DNA from: Bdellovibrionota bacterium
GTDB lineage: Bacteria > Bdellovibrionota_C > UBA2361 > OMII01
Reading direction: 5' to 3'
Assembly (NCBI GenBank): GCA_044345405.1
Contig: JBIJBE010000034.1
Coordinates: 1 to 40,736, forward strand
DNA length: 40,736 nt
The notes beneath the pieces are model-generated. The model was given only the letters and a program-made list of their open reading frames with translations, ran no database searches and was not told the DNA's origin. Positions 1 to 10,179 of this stretch are shown here, piece after piece (the stretch's first letter is position 1; each line of letters starts with the position of its first letter). The translations under genes were made by a program, and so were the position numbers.

Positions 1-375
1 GCGCAACATTCCGGCGACCAGGAATGGTAGCCCTCTCGTGTGCGACCCGTGATCACGGAGGGCGGTCATTCCTGACCGCCGTGTTGGGTGAGGCGAAGGT
101 TGTTTCAGGAGCGCAACATTCCGGCGACCAGGAATGGTAGCCCTCTCGTGTGCGACCCGTGATCACGGAGGGCGGTCATTCCTGACCGCCGTGTTGGGTG
201 AGGCGAAGGCGGTTACAGGAGCGCAACATTGCGGCGACCAGGAATGGTCGCCCTCCGGTGGTGCGACCCGTGATCACGGAGGGCGGTCATTCCTGACCGC
301 CGTGTTGGGTGAGGCGAAGGTTGTTTCAGGAGCGCAACATTCCGGCGACCGTGGGCGGTCGTCCTCGACCGCCGC
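1..375. repeat. BIME-like tandem array of ~110-bp units built from alternating inverted REP-like palindromes (runs off the left edge)
   Basis: GCGCAACATT recurs at 1, 111, 221 and 332. Each full unit has GGAG-GGCGGTCA-TTCC-TGACCGCC (61-80, 171-190, 282-301), an oppositely oriented GGCGACCA-GGAA-TGGT(A/C)GCC, and the palindrome CCGTGATCACGG. Confidence 0.85.
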
Positions 376-395
376 GTTACGAGGGCTAAGACCAT

Positions 396-424
396 TTGAC
401 CTCCCCCCGCCCGTATCATACCCT
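396..424 (+). promoter_or_regulatory. possible sigma70 promoter for thiamine pyrophosphokinase
   Basis: TTGACC-N17-TACCCT, ending 9 nt upstream of the ATG at 434. Confidence 0.3.
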
Positions 425-433
425 TTCCAAACC

Positions 434-1075
434 ATGAAAGTTCTTCTGATAGCCGATAGTCCTGATTTTGATTCCGCCTATATTACGCGTCACGCGCCGA
501 GTATGGATTCGATCATCGTGACTGATGGGGCGTTGGAAAAACTGCCACCCTCAGTCACGCCGACTATTGTATGCGGGGACTTCGACGCGCTCGTGGTTCC
601 TGAGGCGCGAGCTAAGTACGTTCAGACCGAATTCATCCCTCTCCCTGATCAGAATCAAAACGATCTCGAGAAAGCGCTCATGCTCGCGATCTCACGTGGC
701 GCCTCCGAGATAACGATCGCCTCGGCCTTCGGTGGACGGATGGATATCTCCATCGCGAACCTCTCGGTGCTGATACGGCACCACACGGAGTGCTCCCTGT
801 CGATGATTCACGGAGCCATGATGAGTCGGGTGCTCTCGGATAGAGGGGCGGGCGCTGATGCGTTAGTTTTTGAGGCTCGAGCGGGTTCTCCGCTCTCCTG
901 TATCCCGTTGGACGGGGACGCCGTGGTCACGCTCTCGAATGTAGAGTGGCCCCTCACTGAGGAGGTTCTTCGAGCGGGCTCTCACGGCGTTGGCAATCAC
1001 GCCCTAGGTGGGCCTGTGGGCGTTAAGGTTCATCGAGGAGTGGTTGTTGTGGGCTACGAGATCCCACATTCCTAA
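434..1075 (+). CDS. thiN: thiamine diphosphokinase
   Basis: Motifs IVTDGA, VCGDFDA, DQNQNDLEKAL, GGRMDISIANL, VEWPL and GVGN. Start reassigned to MKVLLIAD at 434 because the upstream ORF part is repeat-derived. Confidence 0.9.
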   Translation: MKVLLIADSPDFDSAYITRHAPSMDSIIVTDGALEKLPPSVTPTIVCGDFDALVVPEARAKYVQTEFIPLPDQNQNDLEKALMLAISRGASEITIASAFGGRMDISIANLSVLIRHHTECSLSMIHGAMMSRVLSDRGAGADALVFEARAGSPLSCIPLDGDAVVTLSNVEWPLTEEVLRAGSHGVGNHALGGPVGVKVHRGVVVVGYEIPHS

Positions 1076-3331
1076 CTACCGAGCGCCAGCCTTGCGTGGC
1101 CCGCCCGCTGGTGGGCGTTGTTTTTGCGCGAGCGCCTTCACCTGATCAATCGTTTTACAATAGGTCTGCCGGGAGTGTTTGATGCACTGCTCCGCGTAGT
1201 TCTCCTTGTCTGAGAGGTGCTTGAGGTCGATGGTGCGTCCTGAGAAAGAATCCTGGACCTGACCATCGATACTCATCTTTAAGTAGAACTCCCGAAGGGG
1301 AAGATTCAGGAGGTCCTCGTCTCCGGAGAGGGGTTTAAATTCTTGCGCCATAATTCCGGCGTCGTCCGCTCCTACGCCGAACGAGATGAGGTTCGCGACA
1401 TTTCCGAAGACGGTTTGCCGCACCGCGGAGGGAAGTTGTCCGAGATATTGGTTGGCGAAGGTGAGCGCGAGGTTGTACTTGCGGGATTCGCTCAAGATCT
1501 CGGTAAAGGACTCCGTCGCGAAGTTTTGGAACTCATCGACGTAGAGGAAGAAGTCCTTGCGGCTTTCGGCCGGCATATCAGCGCGAGACATCGCCGCCTC
1601 ATAGATCTTCCAGATGAGCAGGGTGCCAAGGAGTGTGGCGTTCTCAGAACCGAGAACGCCCTTGGAGATCTTGATGAGCACGATCTTTCCGGAATCCATG
1701 AATGAGCGGAAGTTAAAGGCGTTCTCGGACTGCCCCAAGATATTTCGAATGTTCTCGGAGGAGAGCAATTCGTCGAGGCGGTTGAGAAGCCGCGACATCG
1801 GCCCCTCCTCAAACTCCTGTCGTCGAGCCATAAAGTCACGGAGCCAAAACCGTTTCACGGACTCATCGCTCGCTCGTCGAACGATCTCTCCGCGGAATTG
1901 TTCGTCAGAGAGCATTCGACGAAGGCTCAAAATATTCGAGCCAGGAACGGCGAGGAGACCAAGCATCGCGTATCGAAGCACGTGGTCCATCTTCTCGGAC
2001 CAATCGTTCCCAAAAACCCGCTTGAAGGCGTCGAGGAAGCTCAGGGCGACACGCACTCGGAGTTCAGGGCGTACCGGATCCATCGGATTAAAACTTGGCG
2101 AGAAGTTAACGTCCGATGGGTCGAAGATAACGACATCCTTCACTCGGTGCTGTGGTACGAGCTTGACGATGTCGTCTATGAGGTCCCCGTGAGGGTCTAT
2201 CACAGCGCATCCCAGACCCCGTTCCATATCGTTTCGAACGAGGAGCTGGAGCAGGCACGATTTCCCGCTGCCTGATTTACCAACTACGTAGAGATGCCGT
2301 CGTCGATCGAAGGTTTTGATTCCAAACTTTGTGGAGAGGTCCCGATAATTCACGGTACCAAAGGTGCAGATCTCGGGATCCGTCGCGGCTGTTGGGAGAT
2401 TTCTGGGGGGTGGACCCTTTCGGGATACCACCATCGCGGTGTTTGGAAGGGTCGATAGCATCGGCACGTGGAATAACGAGGTCAACTCCATCGATGACAC
2501 CAGGAAAGGTTTGTGAAACTGGCGTTGGATCAGTCGGGACACGAAGCTTTTGCTCGAATCTATCTTACCCGTCACTAACCGATTCTCATCCGTTGTGTTG
2601 AAGGCTTTGAGCGCGCTTCCTACCGTGCTGACGTTGGAGGTGAGACGGGAGACTACCGCGTTTTTCTCGCTCTTAGACGCGTTGGGGGGCAGATCGGTGA
2701 AGCTCGCGATGCGGATAGTGATCGAGGCGAGATTGCTCGAGCACTTAGTTTTAATCAGCTGTTCACTGTTGGTCGCCAGGTCCTTTTTGAGCAAGTTCCG
2801 AGCTCGGAATTTCCTGGTAAAATTCTCTTCCGCCCGTTTGAGCAACAGTTTGAGTTGAAGGGGCGCGGTGTCTCGTAATGGACGAACGATGATTTGGTAG
2901 AGGAAGTGGTCCTGCTCAGCAATCTGAGAGAGTGGGGTTACAATAGGCGCCATCGAATCAGTGGCGATAGCCCTGTAGTCCTTCAAGGGATAGATATCGG
3001 GCCGCCACAACTTCATCTCGGCGCCGACAACGAGGGTAGAGGGCCGGATCGATTGCGTGTAGTCCTCGACATCTCGGACCTCCGCGTCAGGCATCCACGA
3101 GTAGACCCCCGTTGAGAGGATGTCGAGCATCGTGTCGCTTCCCGCCATGCACACGTACACCATCTTGTTCGTCGCGTAGAACTCGAAGGCGAAGGGCTCC
3201 CAGATACTCTCGATAATGTCATCTATTTGGTGAAGGAACTGGCGGGCAGGGACCACGTCCCATTGGGTATCCATAACGGCGCCGACGTCACTCGGGCCTC
3301 GTCTAGGGATATGAACACAAACTACACGCAT
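1076..3331 (-). CDS. VirD4/TraD/TrwB-like (HerA/FtsK superfamily) coupling-protein ATPase
   Basis: RRRHLYVVGKSGSGKS Walker A, IDPHGDL, FNPM, LYVDEFQNF Walker B, and LSESRKYNLALTFANQYLGQL. Confidence 0.85.
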   Translation of the reverse strand: MRVVCVHIPRRGPSDVGAVMDTQWDVVPARQFLHQIDDIIESIWEPFAFEFYATNKMVYVCMAGSDTMLDILSTGVYSWMPDAEVRDVEDYTQSIRPSTLVVGAEMKLWRPDIYPLKDYRAIATDSMAPIVTPLSQIAEQDHFLYQIIVRPLRDTAPLQLKLLLKRAEENFTRKFRARNLLKKDLATNSEQLIKTKCSSNLASITIRIASFTDLPPNASKSEKNAVVSRLTSNVSTVGSALKAFNTTDENRLVTGKIDSSKSFVSRLIQRQFHKPFLVSSMELTSLFHVPMLSTLPNTAMVVSRKGPPPRNLPTAATDPEICTFGTVNYRDLSTKFGIKTFDRRRHLYVVGKSGSGKSCLLQLLVRNDMERGLGCAVIDPHGDLIDDIVKLVPQHRVKDVVIFDPSDVNFSPSFNPMDPVRPELRVRVALSFLDAFKRVFGNDWSEKMDHVLRYAMLGLLAVPGSNILSLRRMLSDEQFRGEIVRRASDESVKRFWLRDFMARRQEFEEGPMSRLLNRLDELLSSENIRNILGQSENAFNFRSFMDSGKIVLIKISKGVLGSENATLLGTLLIWKIYEAAMSRADMPAESRKDFFLYVDEFQNFATESFTEILSESRKYNLALTFANQYLGQLPSAVRQTVFGNVANLISFGVGADDAGIMAQEFKPLSGDEDLLNLPLREFYLKMSIDGQVQDSFSGRTIDLKHLSDKENYAEQCIKHSRQTYCKTIDQVKALAQKQRPPAGGPRKAGAR

Positions 3332-3592
3332 TGGATCCGTTGTCTCGTACTCGTAACTATTCCGGGCCTTCCCATAGTAGCCTTGGAGCCTCCCTTACTG
3401 AAGGGGCGACGTTAGGTATATGACGGTATTTCGGACTCTAAGCCTGAGATAATGCCTCATAATACCACGGCCAGGTCCCGGGGCCTGTGGAGATAGGCTT
3501 GCTAACCCGCCGTTGTGAGGAGGTTTTATCCTCGCTACGTAACTTCAGTAGGTTGACTCCCCTGAAAGGGAGTCCTATCGTCTTCGCCACGC

Positions 3593-4450
3593 ATGAACGC
3601 AGTCCTTCAAGACACCCCAGACCTCCATTCTCCGATCGGCCTCGTCGCCGGAAACGGACAGTTCCCTTTAGAATTCGCCGAGAACGCCCGGGCTCGGGGG
3701 CTCTCCGTCGTCACCGTAGCTCTCAAGGGCGAGGCGGATAAACGTATTGAAGAGCTCTCGGAGAGCACGACATGGGTGAGTGTGGGTCAGCTGGGGAAGC
3801 TCATTAGATCGCTTAGACGGGCTGGATGCCGACAGGTAGCCTTCGCCGGTGGCGTCACTCGGGTTAATTTCGTCGATGGTTTCCGGATCGACTGGGTCGG
3901 CTTGCGGATGTTATCGAAGCTCCGGTCGTTTAACGATGACTCGATAATGCGAGGGATTATCGCCGCCGTTGAGAACGGGGGCATTCAGGTTATCGGTGCG
4001 AGCACGCTTCTTGAGAAAAGCGTTCCTAAAGCGGGAATCATGACGAAGCGTGGCTTAACGCGCGACGAGCTTGAAAACGCCAAGATCGGATGGGAGGCCG
4101 CTCGCACGACGGGCGCCCTCGATATCGGACAGTCTATCGTCATGCGCAACAAGACCATTATCGCGGTGGAGGCGGTTGAAGGAACCGACGCTACTATTAA
4201 ACGAGCCGCCGCGGTGCGAGGTGAGGGGGGCGTTTTGGTAAAGCTCGCCAAGCCTATTCAGGATCTCCGTATCGACCTGCCAGCTATCGGAGTTCGTACG
4301 ATCGAATTGATGCATGAAAACCGTATCACCGCTCTGGTGGTGGAAGCGGGCAAGGCGATTATGCTGGATCCTCAAGGGATCCTCGAAGCCGCGCATCGGC
4401 TCGATATCGCGATAGTTGCGGCTGAGGATATTTCGCAGCTTGAGGGATAG
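3593..4450 (+). CDS. lpxI: UDP-2,3-diacylglucosamine diphosphatase LpxI (DUF1009)
   Basis: IGLVAGNGQFP, LDIGQSIV, AVEAVEGTDATIKR, VKLAKPIQDLRIDLPAIG. Confidence 0.93.
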   Translation: MNAVLQDTPDLHSPIGLVAGNGQFPLEFAENARARGLSVVTVALKGEADKRIEELSESTTWVSVGQLGKLIRSLRRAGCRQVAFAGGVTRVNFVDGFRIDWVGLRMLSKLRSFNDDSIMRGIIAAVENGGIQVIGASTLLEKSVPKAGIMTKRGLTRDELENAKIGWEAARTTGALDIGQSIVMRNKTIIAVEAVEGTDATIKRAAAVRGEGGVLVKLAKPIQDLRIDLPAIGVRTIELMHENRITALVVEAGKAIMLDPQGILEAAHRLDIAIVAAEDISQLEG

Positions 4451-4480
4451 TATTAGACGGGTAACCCGTTGACGGATACC

Positions 4481-4525
4481 GTCTCACGTCTCACGTCTCA
4501 CGTCTCACGTCTCACGTCTCACGTC
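4481..4525. repeat. heptamer tandem repeat (GTCTCAC)x6 plus GTC
   Basis: Read directly, about 30 nt downstream of the lpxI stop. Confidence 0.95.
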
Positions 4526-4831
4526 GTGCGTCTATGTCGTCGCTCCTCATTCGAGAACCTACGCGTGAGAAGTTTGGAGCAGGGGACAGGTTGTAGAGAG
4601 AAAGTCCCCACCGAGTGAGACACATTCAAAAAATCTTGAGCCCAAAATGATGCTCTCCCTCACTTTTTTCGACGAGTCATCGCGAAAGGTGTGTCCTTTT
4701 AGTGGGTTGGCGCTCTCGGGCCATCTGCCCAAAAAAGCCCCCATTCGTTAATCAAAGGTCATTTTCGGTCGTTTGCTTCTCCTTGAGGGGAATAATTCCT
4801 TTCAGCGGCTCCTGCCGCGTATTTCACAAGG

Positions 4832-5119
4832 ATGTGTATGTTTCTGTGGACTGACCCATTTAAGCAAAATACCGAACCAGAGGTGAGTTCCGAGCACGAC
4901 CAGGCCGCTGGCCTCGTTTCAGCTCGATGGCTCGCTCTCGACGCGATTCTACGATCGTTGATCCTGGACCCCGAGGGGCCGGAGATGCGAGCTATGATGA
5001 GGCACGACCTTCGCATCATGTACGCGAGCGGTCGAGTTCAGGAGTGTGACACTCAGACGTTTGATGCCTACCAAGAGGCCGCCGGAGTGATGACTACCTG
5101 GAAGAAAGCGCTCTCATAA
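4832..5119 (+). CDS. hypothetical protein
   Basis: 95-aa ORF filling the intergenic gap, helical composition, no recognised motif. Confidence 0.5.
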   Translation: MCMFLWTDPFKQNTEPEVSSEHDQAAGLVSARWLALDAILRSLILDPEGPEMRAMMRHDLRIMYASGRVQECDTQTFDAYQEAAGVMTTWKKALS

Positions 5120-5200
5120 CGTACGTAGGGTCCGCGGGCTCGCAGGGAGGCGAGGCTGAAGGTCAAGGATGACCGCCGCGGATCTTTTTCTCTCGATTCC

Positions 5201-6238
5201 TTAGCGAACCGCCAACATTCTATCGAGCGCGGTCTTCGCGCGAACTCGGATATCTTCGGGTACCTCGATCACCGTTTCATTGTTCACAAGACAGTTGAGA
5301 GTATCCTCAAGGGTGATCTCGTTCATGTGAGGGCACCGGATACTGCACATACGGAGTACGTCTTTGTCCGGATTTTCAGCGATAATATTGTCCGCCATGC
5401 TGCACTCAGTAAGAAGCAGGAAGTGCGGCGCTGAGGACTTTTTCACGAAATCAACCATACGTGAGGTGCTCTGCGAATAGTCAGATGCCGCCACTACCTC
5501 GGGGCTGCACTCCGGATGCGCGAGCACCTGCACCTCTGGGAACTGTTTGCGAATGTTCTGGATATCCTCAACGGAGAACTGCTCGTGCACCTCGCACCGA
5601 CCGCGCCATCCGATCATGACCGGTTCAGAAGGCATCGGCTCTCCCTTTTTCGGGAAGAGGATCTTTTTTCCGGTCTCCTGCGCGACGTTGCTCGCGAGGA
5701 ACTCGTCCGGAAGAAAGATAATCGTGTCGGAGTTGATCGATTGCACCAGTCGGGCCGCGTTGCCTGAGGTGCAGATATAATCCGACTCAGCTTTCACATC
5801 GGCGTAGGTGTTGATGTACGAGACGACCGGTACCCCAGGGTACTGCTTCTTGAGTTGTCGGACATCCTCCGCTGTGATGCTTGACGCGAGGGAGCATCCC
5901 GCTACCTTCGCGGGGAGGAGAACGGTCTTGTTCGGATTAAGTATCTTCGCCGTCTCCGCCATGAAGCGAACTCCGCAGAAGATGATCGGATCCGCGTCCG
6001 TCTCGGCGGCTTTGCGGGAGAGTTCGAGTGAGTCGCCCACGACGTCGGCTACGGTGTGGTAGAGCGCCGCCTCCATGTAGTTGTGACCGAGGATGATCGC
6101 TCCGCGCTCTTTCTTTCGACGGTTAATTTCGTACACCAACTCCGCTTTGATGCGGAGCTCAACATCAGGGATAAGCTTCGAGAGCTTAGCCTGCATTAAT
6201 CTGAACGTTTCTTGTACGGTAGCAGCTTCTATACCCAT
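5201..6238 (-). CDS. nadA: quinolinate synthase
   Basis: IILGHNY, GDSLELS, FCGVRFMAETAKILNP, AGCSLA, YINT, CTSGNA, CEVH, AHPEC, CPHMNEITL. Start likely MGIEAA at 6238 (ORF extends to 6274). Confidence 0.96.
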   Translation of the reverse strand: MGIEAATVQETFRLMQAKLSKLIPDVELRIKAELVYEINRRKKERGAIILGHNYMEAALYHTVADVVGDSLELSRKAAETDADPIIFCGVRFMAETAKILNPNKTVLLPAKVAGCSLASSITAEDVRQLKKQYPGVPVVSYINTYADVKAESDYICTSGNAARLVQSINSDTIIFLPDEFLASNVAQETGKKILFPKKGEPMPSEPVMIGWRGRCEVHEQFSVEDIQNIRKQFPEVQVLAHPECSPEVVAASDYSQSTSRMVDFVKKSSAPHFLLLTECSMADNIIAENPDKDVLRMCSIRCPHMNEITLEDTLNCLVNNETVIEVPEDIRVRAKTALDRMLAVR

Positions 6239-6331
6239 GCGGGCATGGTATCGCGGAACGGGGTATGGGGTCAAAATGGGGTAAGATCAGCCCAGAATCC
6301 AGGAGATAGGTTGGTAAACTCTGGCCGAGGT

Positions 6332-8131
6332 CTACCGACGCCACTGCATCAGGATGAGCGCGAGCCGTTCCTTGAGGGTTTGCACCGCCCCCTCAGCGTC
6401 GGCGGGATTTCTACCGTAACTGTACACCTCGATATCATCGAGCAGGGCGCTGACGGAAAGCGCCAGATTCTTATCGGGCAGAGCGGCGGCGACACGAGAG
6501 CGTAGTTCGTCCATCGTGCTGTTCTCTGAGACGCGCGGAAGTTTTGAGGCGATAGCATGGCGAACGAACGCCTCAAGATCTTTCATGGAGGTGATGTCGT
6601 GGAGGTCCGCGGTTGAGATCTCCTTCATGTCGCGGGTTGGCTTTTTATAGGTCGAGACGAGCGCGATACATCCGATTCCGCACACCGTGGCGAGTACGAG
6701 GAGCGCGAATTGAACACTGACGTAACGCGATACGCGCTCGATGAGGCTGGGCTCTTCATAGTCAAGCGTTGGAGCGATAGGGAGGGGGCCCATAGTGGGA
6801 ACCGCGGCGGTGTCACGATTCTCGTCGGTTACGCGCTGCGCCGGGGCTGGCTGCGCGGTACGCGCGGAGAGGTCTTCTCCTCGCACCGGAAAGGCGATAT
6901 CCGAGGTCGAGACGATCTCGTAGGAGTTCGTTTGCGGATTGAAGTAGGTGAGCTTCGCGCCGGGAATACGGGTGAGCCCCGGTGAGAGGGAGAGGAGGGA
7001 GTACGTGAAGGTTTTTCTGGTTATGAGCTTCCCGTTTCGTCGTTCGGTTTTAACTTCAGGTCGCTCCTCGTATACCTTGAAGCGAGGGGGAACGTTGAGC
7101 GGAATCGTTTTAAGGGTGTTGAGATTTCCCTCGCTTGTGACCTCGATGGAGATCGTCTTGTTCTCCCCGGTGTTCACGGCGTCGAGGGGGTAGTCGACTC
7201 GAAGTGATGTCGGCCCTACGATCGGGACTGGTGGCGCCGACCTTCGTTGCTCCTCAGTCATAGCGGGAAGGGGTTTAACCTCCAGGGTGAGTTCGTTCGA
7301 CGTAACCGAAACCGGTTTGAGTTCCGTTCGATTGAGGAACTGCTGCAAGAACTGATCGCTAAAGGGATCGAAGGTGAATGAGTTATCGAGAGCCCGCTGA
7401 TCCGGTATCTTTCCTTTCAGTTTCCGGGCGGGGATCGTGATCGTACCGGAGCGGAGTGGAAAGAGCGCTTTAATGGAGTCGACCGTTGTGTACTCAATCC
7501 GATTTACGTTGCGGATCGATCGTTGGTTGTCAGCGATCGTTTCTTGCCACACGCCGTCATTCGTTGGCTCCTCAAAGGAGAGCTCGCTAAGATCCACGCG
7601 GGTGTAGAGGCTGAGTGTGTGTACCACCTGTTGTCCCTCGTAGGCCGAGGTAGGGCTAATCGTTTGTCGTAAGAAGAGGAGGTCTCCGCCGTCACGATGG
7701 GTCGTATTGGTAGCGCCGTGGTTCGCTCCGACAGGAACCTCAAGGGGCGTAACGGTCATCGTCTTTCCGTCTATCGCCACCGTCGCCTTTGGAGTGCGCA
7801 GGGATCCCTCTCGACGGGGAGAGAGGTGATAGACGTACGAGATGCGGGAGTTCATCACGCCGTTCACTATTGAGATACTGGTTCGGGGCCCAAGGAGGGT
7901 AACCTCAAAGTCCGAGTCGTCGCTCAGAACGGGTGGTGGCGCGTTCCGGGCCCCCGAGACCGTTACGGTAAAGAGGAAGAGGTCGTCTACGTGTCCTGAC
8001 TTGGGAGAGATCTCTGATGTCACCGATACCTCCGCCATCCCCGTCGTGGCGCAGAGAAGGAATACGATCGTAGTGAAGAGCGTGAGAAGTGCCCGGGACG
8101 CTACGGTATAGATGGGTCTGACAACGTTCAT
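6332..8131 (-). CDS. batD: BatD-family protein
   Basis: Signal peptide, SISIVNG, AYEGQQV, LFPLRSGTITIP, LEVKPLP, EGNL, YFNPQT, late TM helix; downstream of the VWA/TPR gene. Confidence 0.85.
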   Translation of the reverse strand: MNVVRPIYTVASRALLTLFTTIVFLLCATTGMAEVSVTSEISPKSGHVDDLFLFTVTVSGARNAPPPVLSDDSDFEVTLLGPRTSISIVNGVMNSRISYVYHLSPRREGSLRTPKATVAIDGKTMTVTPLEVPVGANHGATNTTHRDGGDLLFLRQTISPTSAYEGQQVVHTLSLYTRVDLSELSFEEPTNDGVWQETIADNQRSIRNVNRIEYTTVDSIKALFPLRSGTITIPARKLKGKIPDQRALDNSFTFDPFSDQFLQQFLNRTELKPVSVTSNELTLEVKPLPAMTEEQRRSAPPVPIVGPTSLRVDYPLDAVNTGENKTISIEVTSEGNLNTLKTIPLNVPPRFKVYEERPEVKTERRNGKLITRKTFTYSLLSLSPGLTRIPGAKLTYFNPQTNSYEIVSTSDIAFPVRGEDLSARTAQPAPAQRVTDENRDTAAVPTMGPLPIAPTLDYEEPSLIERVSRYVSVQFALLVLATVCGIGCIALVSTYKKPTRDMKEISTADLHDITSMKDLEAFVRHAIASKLPRVSENSTMDELRSRVAAALPDKNLALSVSALLDDIEVYSYGRNPADAEGAVQTLKERLALILMQWRR

Positions 8132-8238
8132 AGTTAGTGGAAGTCCCTGGAATTACTACCTGCGGCTCCAGGGAGTTTCAAGGTGGCACCTATATGATGC
8201 CAGAACACGGTACGAGGTGTACCGACTTAGCGGGGCAT

Positions 8239-10179
8239 TTACCATGTTTGTCCTCCCTTCGCCGGACGCCCCCGTTCTCTTCTGATGAGAAGGGGGGATT
8301 CTGGAAGCGATTCAAGCCACGCCTCGGCCTCCTTTTGGGATGGGCTGCGCGTATCGATCTCGGGTGTTTTTGAGCTGATGTTCTGTTCGGCCGGGGGTTC
8401 CTGATCCCGATCCTCCTTGAGCCGATCGTCCTTCTTCTCCTCTTCCCCCGGATTCGCGGTAGGGGTTCCATCGGCGGGGGAGGGTTGTGGTGAGGCTATG
8501 GCGCTCGGGTCGGGAGAGGGGGAACCCGCCGGCCGGTTATCAGAGGATGATGAGGGCTGAGGACTTGGGGTCGCGGCGTTGTCAGAGGATGGCGACTGCT
8601 CCGGTTGAGGTGAACCGCTCGGGCTAGCTGCCGGCGAGGGGGATGGAGAGCCTTGTTGTTGGTCCTGCTGCTCGTTGTTGTCTTGCTTCTCCTGCTCAGG
8701 CGACCCCTGTGGTGACGGGGATGGTTGAGGGGATTGGTTCGGGTCCTTTGTTGGAGTCGGTGTTGGGGTGGGTTTGTTTTTCTCCTCCTTGAGGAGCGCC
8801 TTCGCCACGGCTTTGTTATGGAGCGCCCGCTCGTCATCGGGCTTCACATCGAGCGCTTTCGTAAAGGCGTCGATCGCCTCTTGGTACCGCTTGAGCGCGA
8901 GTAATGCGTTCCCCTCGTTATACGTATTCTCGAAGTAGTCCTTTCCGTTGGTGGCTTGCGAGGCGAGGGAGTTAAAGATCTGCTGCGCCTCTCGGTAGTT
9001 GCCGTTCTTGAAGAGCGCGGAGGCGTATCCCTGTCGTAACGCGGGATCGTTCGGAGTCGCCTCGAGCGCTGACTTAAACGCCTCGGCGGACTCCTTGAAC
9101 TTGCCTTCGGAGTACAGGTCATAGGCCACGCGAGCGTTTGCTGGAGAGGTGAGGGGGCTTGCGGACGCGGTGTTTGTGAGCGCCACGATGAGGGCAACAC
9201 TACGCAATAGCGCGCCGGCTCGTGGGATGGCGGCGATCACGATCAAGGTCAATAACGCTCCGAGCGCGAGCCACGAGCCGAGCTCATCGTAGGTTCGGAT
9301 CGTTCTCGTCCCCTGATTCGCGCCACCTTTCAGGGAGAGGGAAGCCTTGGCCAGCTCCAGAATATCTCGATCATCCACGGTGGCGCGGACGTACACCCCG
9401 CCACCCGCTTCCGCTATCGCTTGCAGGGATTTCTCTCCGAGCTTTGAGTGAACCACTGATCCCGCGGAATCTCGCAGGAAGCTTCCATCCTCGAGCTCGA
9501 TCGGTGTTCCCATCGTGGTTCCAACGCCAAGAACGTCGACCCGCACCTTCTTGGAGCGGATGAGATCGAGTACACGAGTGAGGCTCAATTGGTCGTCCTC
9601 ACCATCAGATACCAGAAGGATTCGGGCGTTCTGCGTATTGGTATCGGTGAATCGACCGAGCGCGGTGGTCATCCCTGCCTCAAGATTAGAGCCGAGACTA
9701 GTGACCATCTCAGGGGAGATCTCCGAGATGAACTGTTTCACGACCGAGGTGTCATCGGTGATCGGGCAGAGGAGGTAGCTATACCCCGCGAAGAGTGTGA
9801 TGCCGTATCGATGGGGAGTTCCCTCCCGCATGAACTCATCGATGAGGTCTTTAAGTTTCCGCTTCGCGAGCTCCATTCGGGATGGGGGGATGTCCTTGGC
9901 GAACATGCTTCGGCTCACGTCTACCACGAACATGTAATCATCGTTGGAGGCGGGGACAGTTACATCCGTTGACCCGGCGTAGGGACGCAAAAGGGCGAGG
10001 AGCATGAGGGCAGCCGGAATCACGGTGAAGAGAAGTGCCTTCCACGAGCTCCCGGTGGGCGTGATACCCAGCCGCGCTCTCCTCGCTTCTCGCTTCTTGT
10101 TCTGCATGACAACAAACGCGAGCACGAGTGCGAGAAGGGGAATGGTCAACGAGGCTAGTGGGTTAAGAATGCCGGTCAC
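8239..10179 (-). CDS. BatB/BatC-like VWA + TPR fusion with Pro/Ser/Gln-rich linker
   Basis: MIDAS motif VDVSRSM, PSRMELAK, LVSDGED; TPR YNEGNALLALKRYQEAIDAF; PTPTPT/SPSP linker; C-terminal AEAWLESLPESP...TW. Confidence 0.88.
   Translation of the reverse strand: MTGILNPLASLTIPLLALVLAFVVMQNKKREARRARLGITPTGSSWKALLFTVIPAALMLLALLRPYAGSTDVTVPASNDDYMFVVDVSRSMFAKDIPPSRMELAKRKLKDLIDEFMREGTPHRYGITLFAGYSYLLCPITDDTSVVKQFISEISPEMVTSLGSNLEAGMTTALGRFTDTNTQNARILLVSDGEDDQLSLTRVLDLIRSKKVRVDVLGVGTTMGTPIELEDGSFLRDSAGSVVHSKLGEKSLQAIAEAGGGVYVRATVDDRDILELAKASLSLKGGANQGTRTIRTYDELGSWLALGALLTLIVIAAIPRAGALLRSVALIVALTNTASASPLTSPANARVAYDLYSEGKFKESAEAFKSALEATPNDPALRQGYASALFKNGNYREAQQIFNSLASQATNGKDYFENTYNEGNALLALKRYQEAIDAFTKALDVKPDDERALHNKAVAKALLKEEKNKPTPTPTPTKDPNQSPQPSPSPQGSPEQEKQDNNEQQDQQQGSPSPSPAASPSGSPQPEQSPSSDNAATPSPQPSSSSDNRPAGSPSPDPSAIASPQPSPADGTPTANPGEEEKKDDRLKEDRDQEPPAEQNISSKTPEIDTRSPSQKEAEAWLESLPESPLLIRRERGRPAKGGQTW

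Noticed and set aside
1-375. CRISPR array
   Set aside because: Whole ~110-bp units repeat nearly identically with no unique spacers, and no cas genes are in the window.
134-433. 100-aa N-terminal extension of thiamine pyrophosphokinase
   Set aside because: It is mostly translation of the repeat array; the family-like sequence begins at ATG 434.
1076-3331. Conjugative element/ICE around the VirD4-like gene
   Set aside because: No integrase, relaxase, VirB4 or att-like repeats seen; flanks are housekeeping genes.
8400-8790. DNA repeat or separate element within the VWA/TPR gene
   Set aside because: Explained by a low-complexity Pro/Ser/Gln linker typical of BatB/C proteins.
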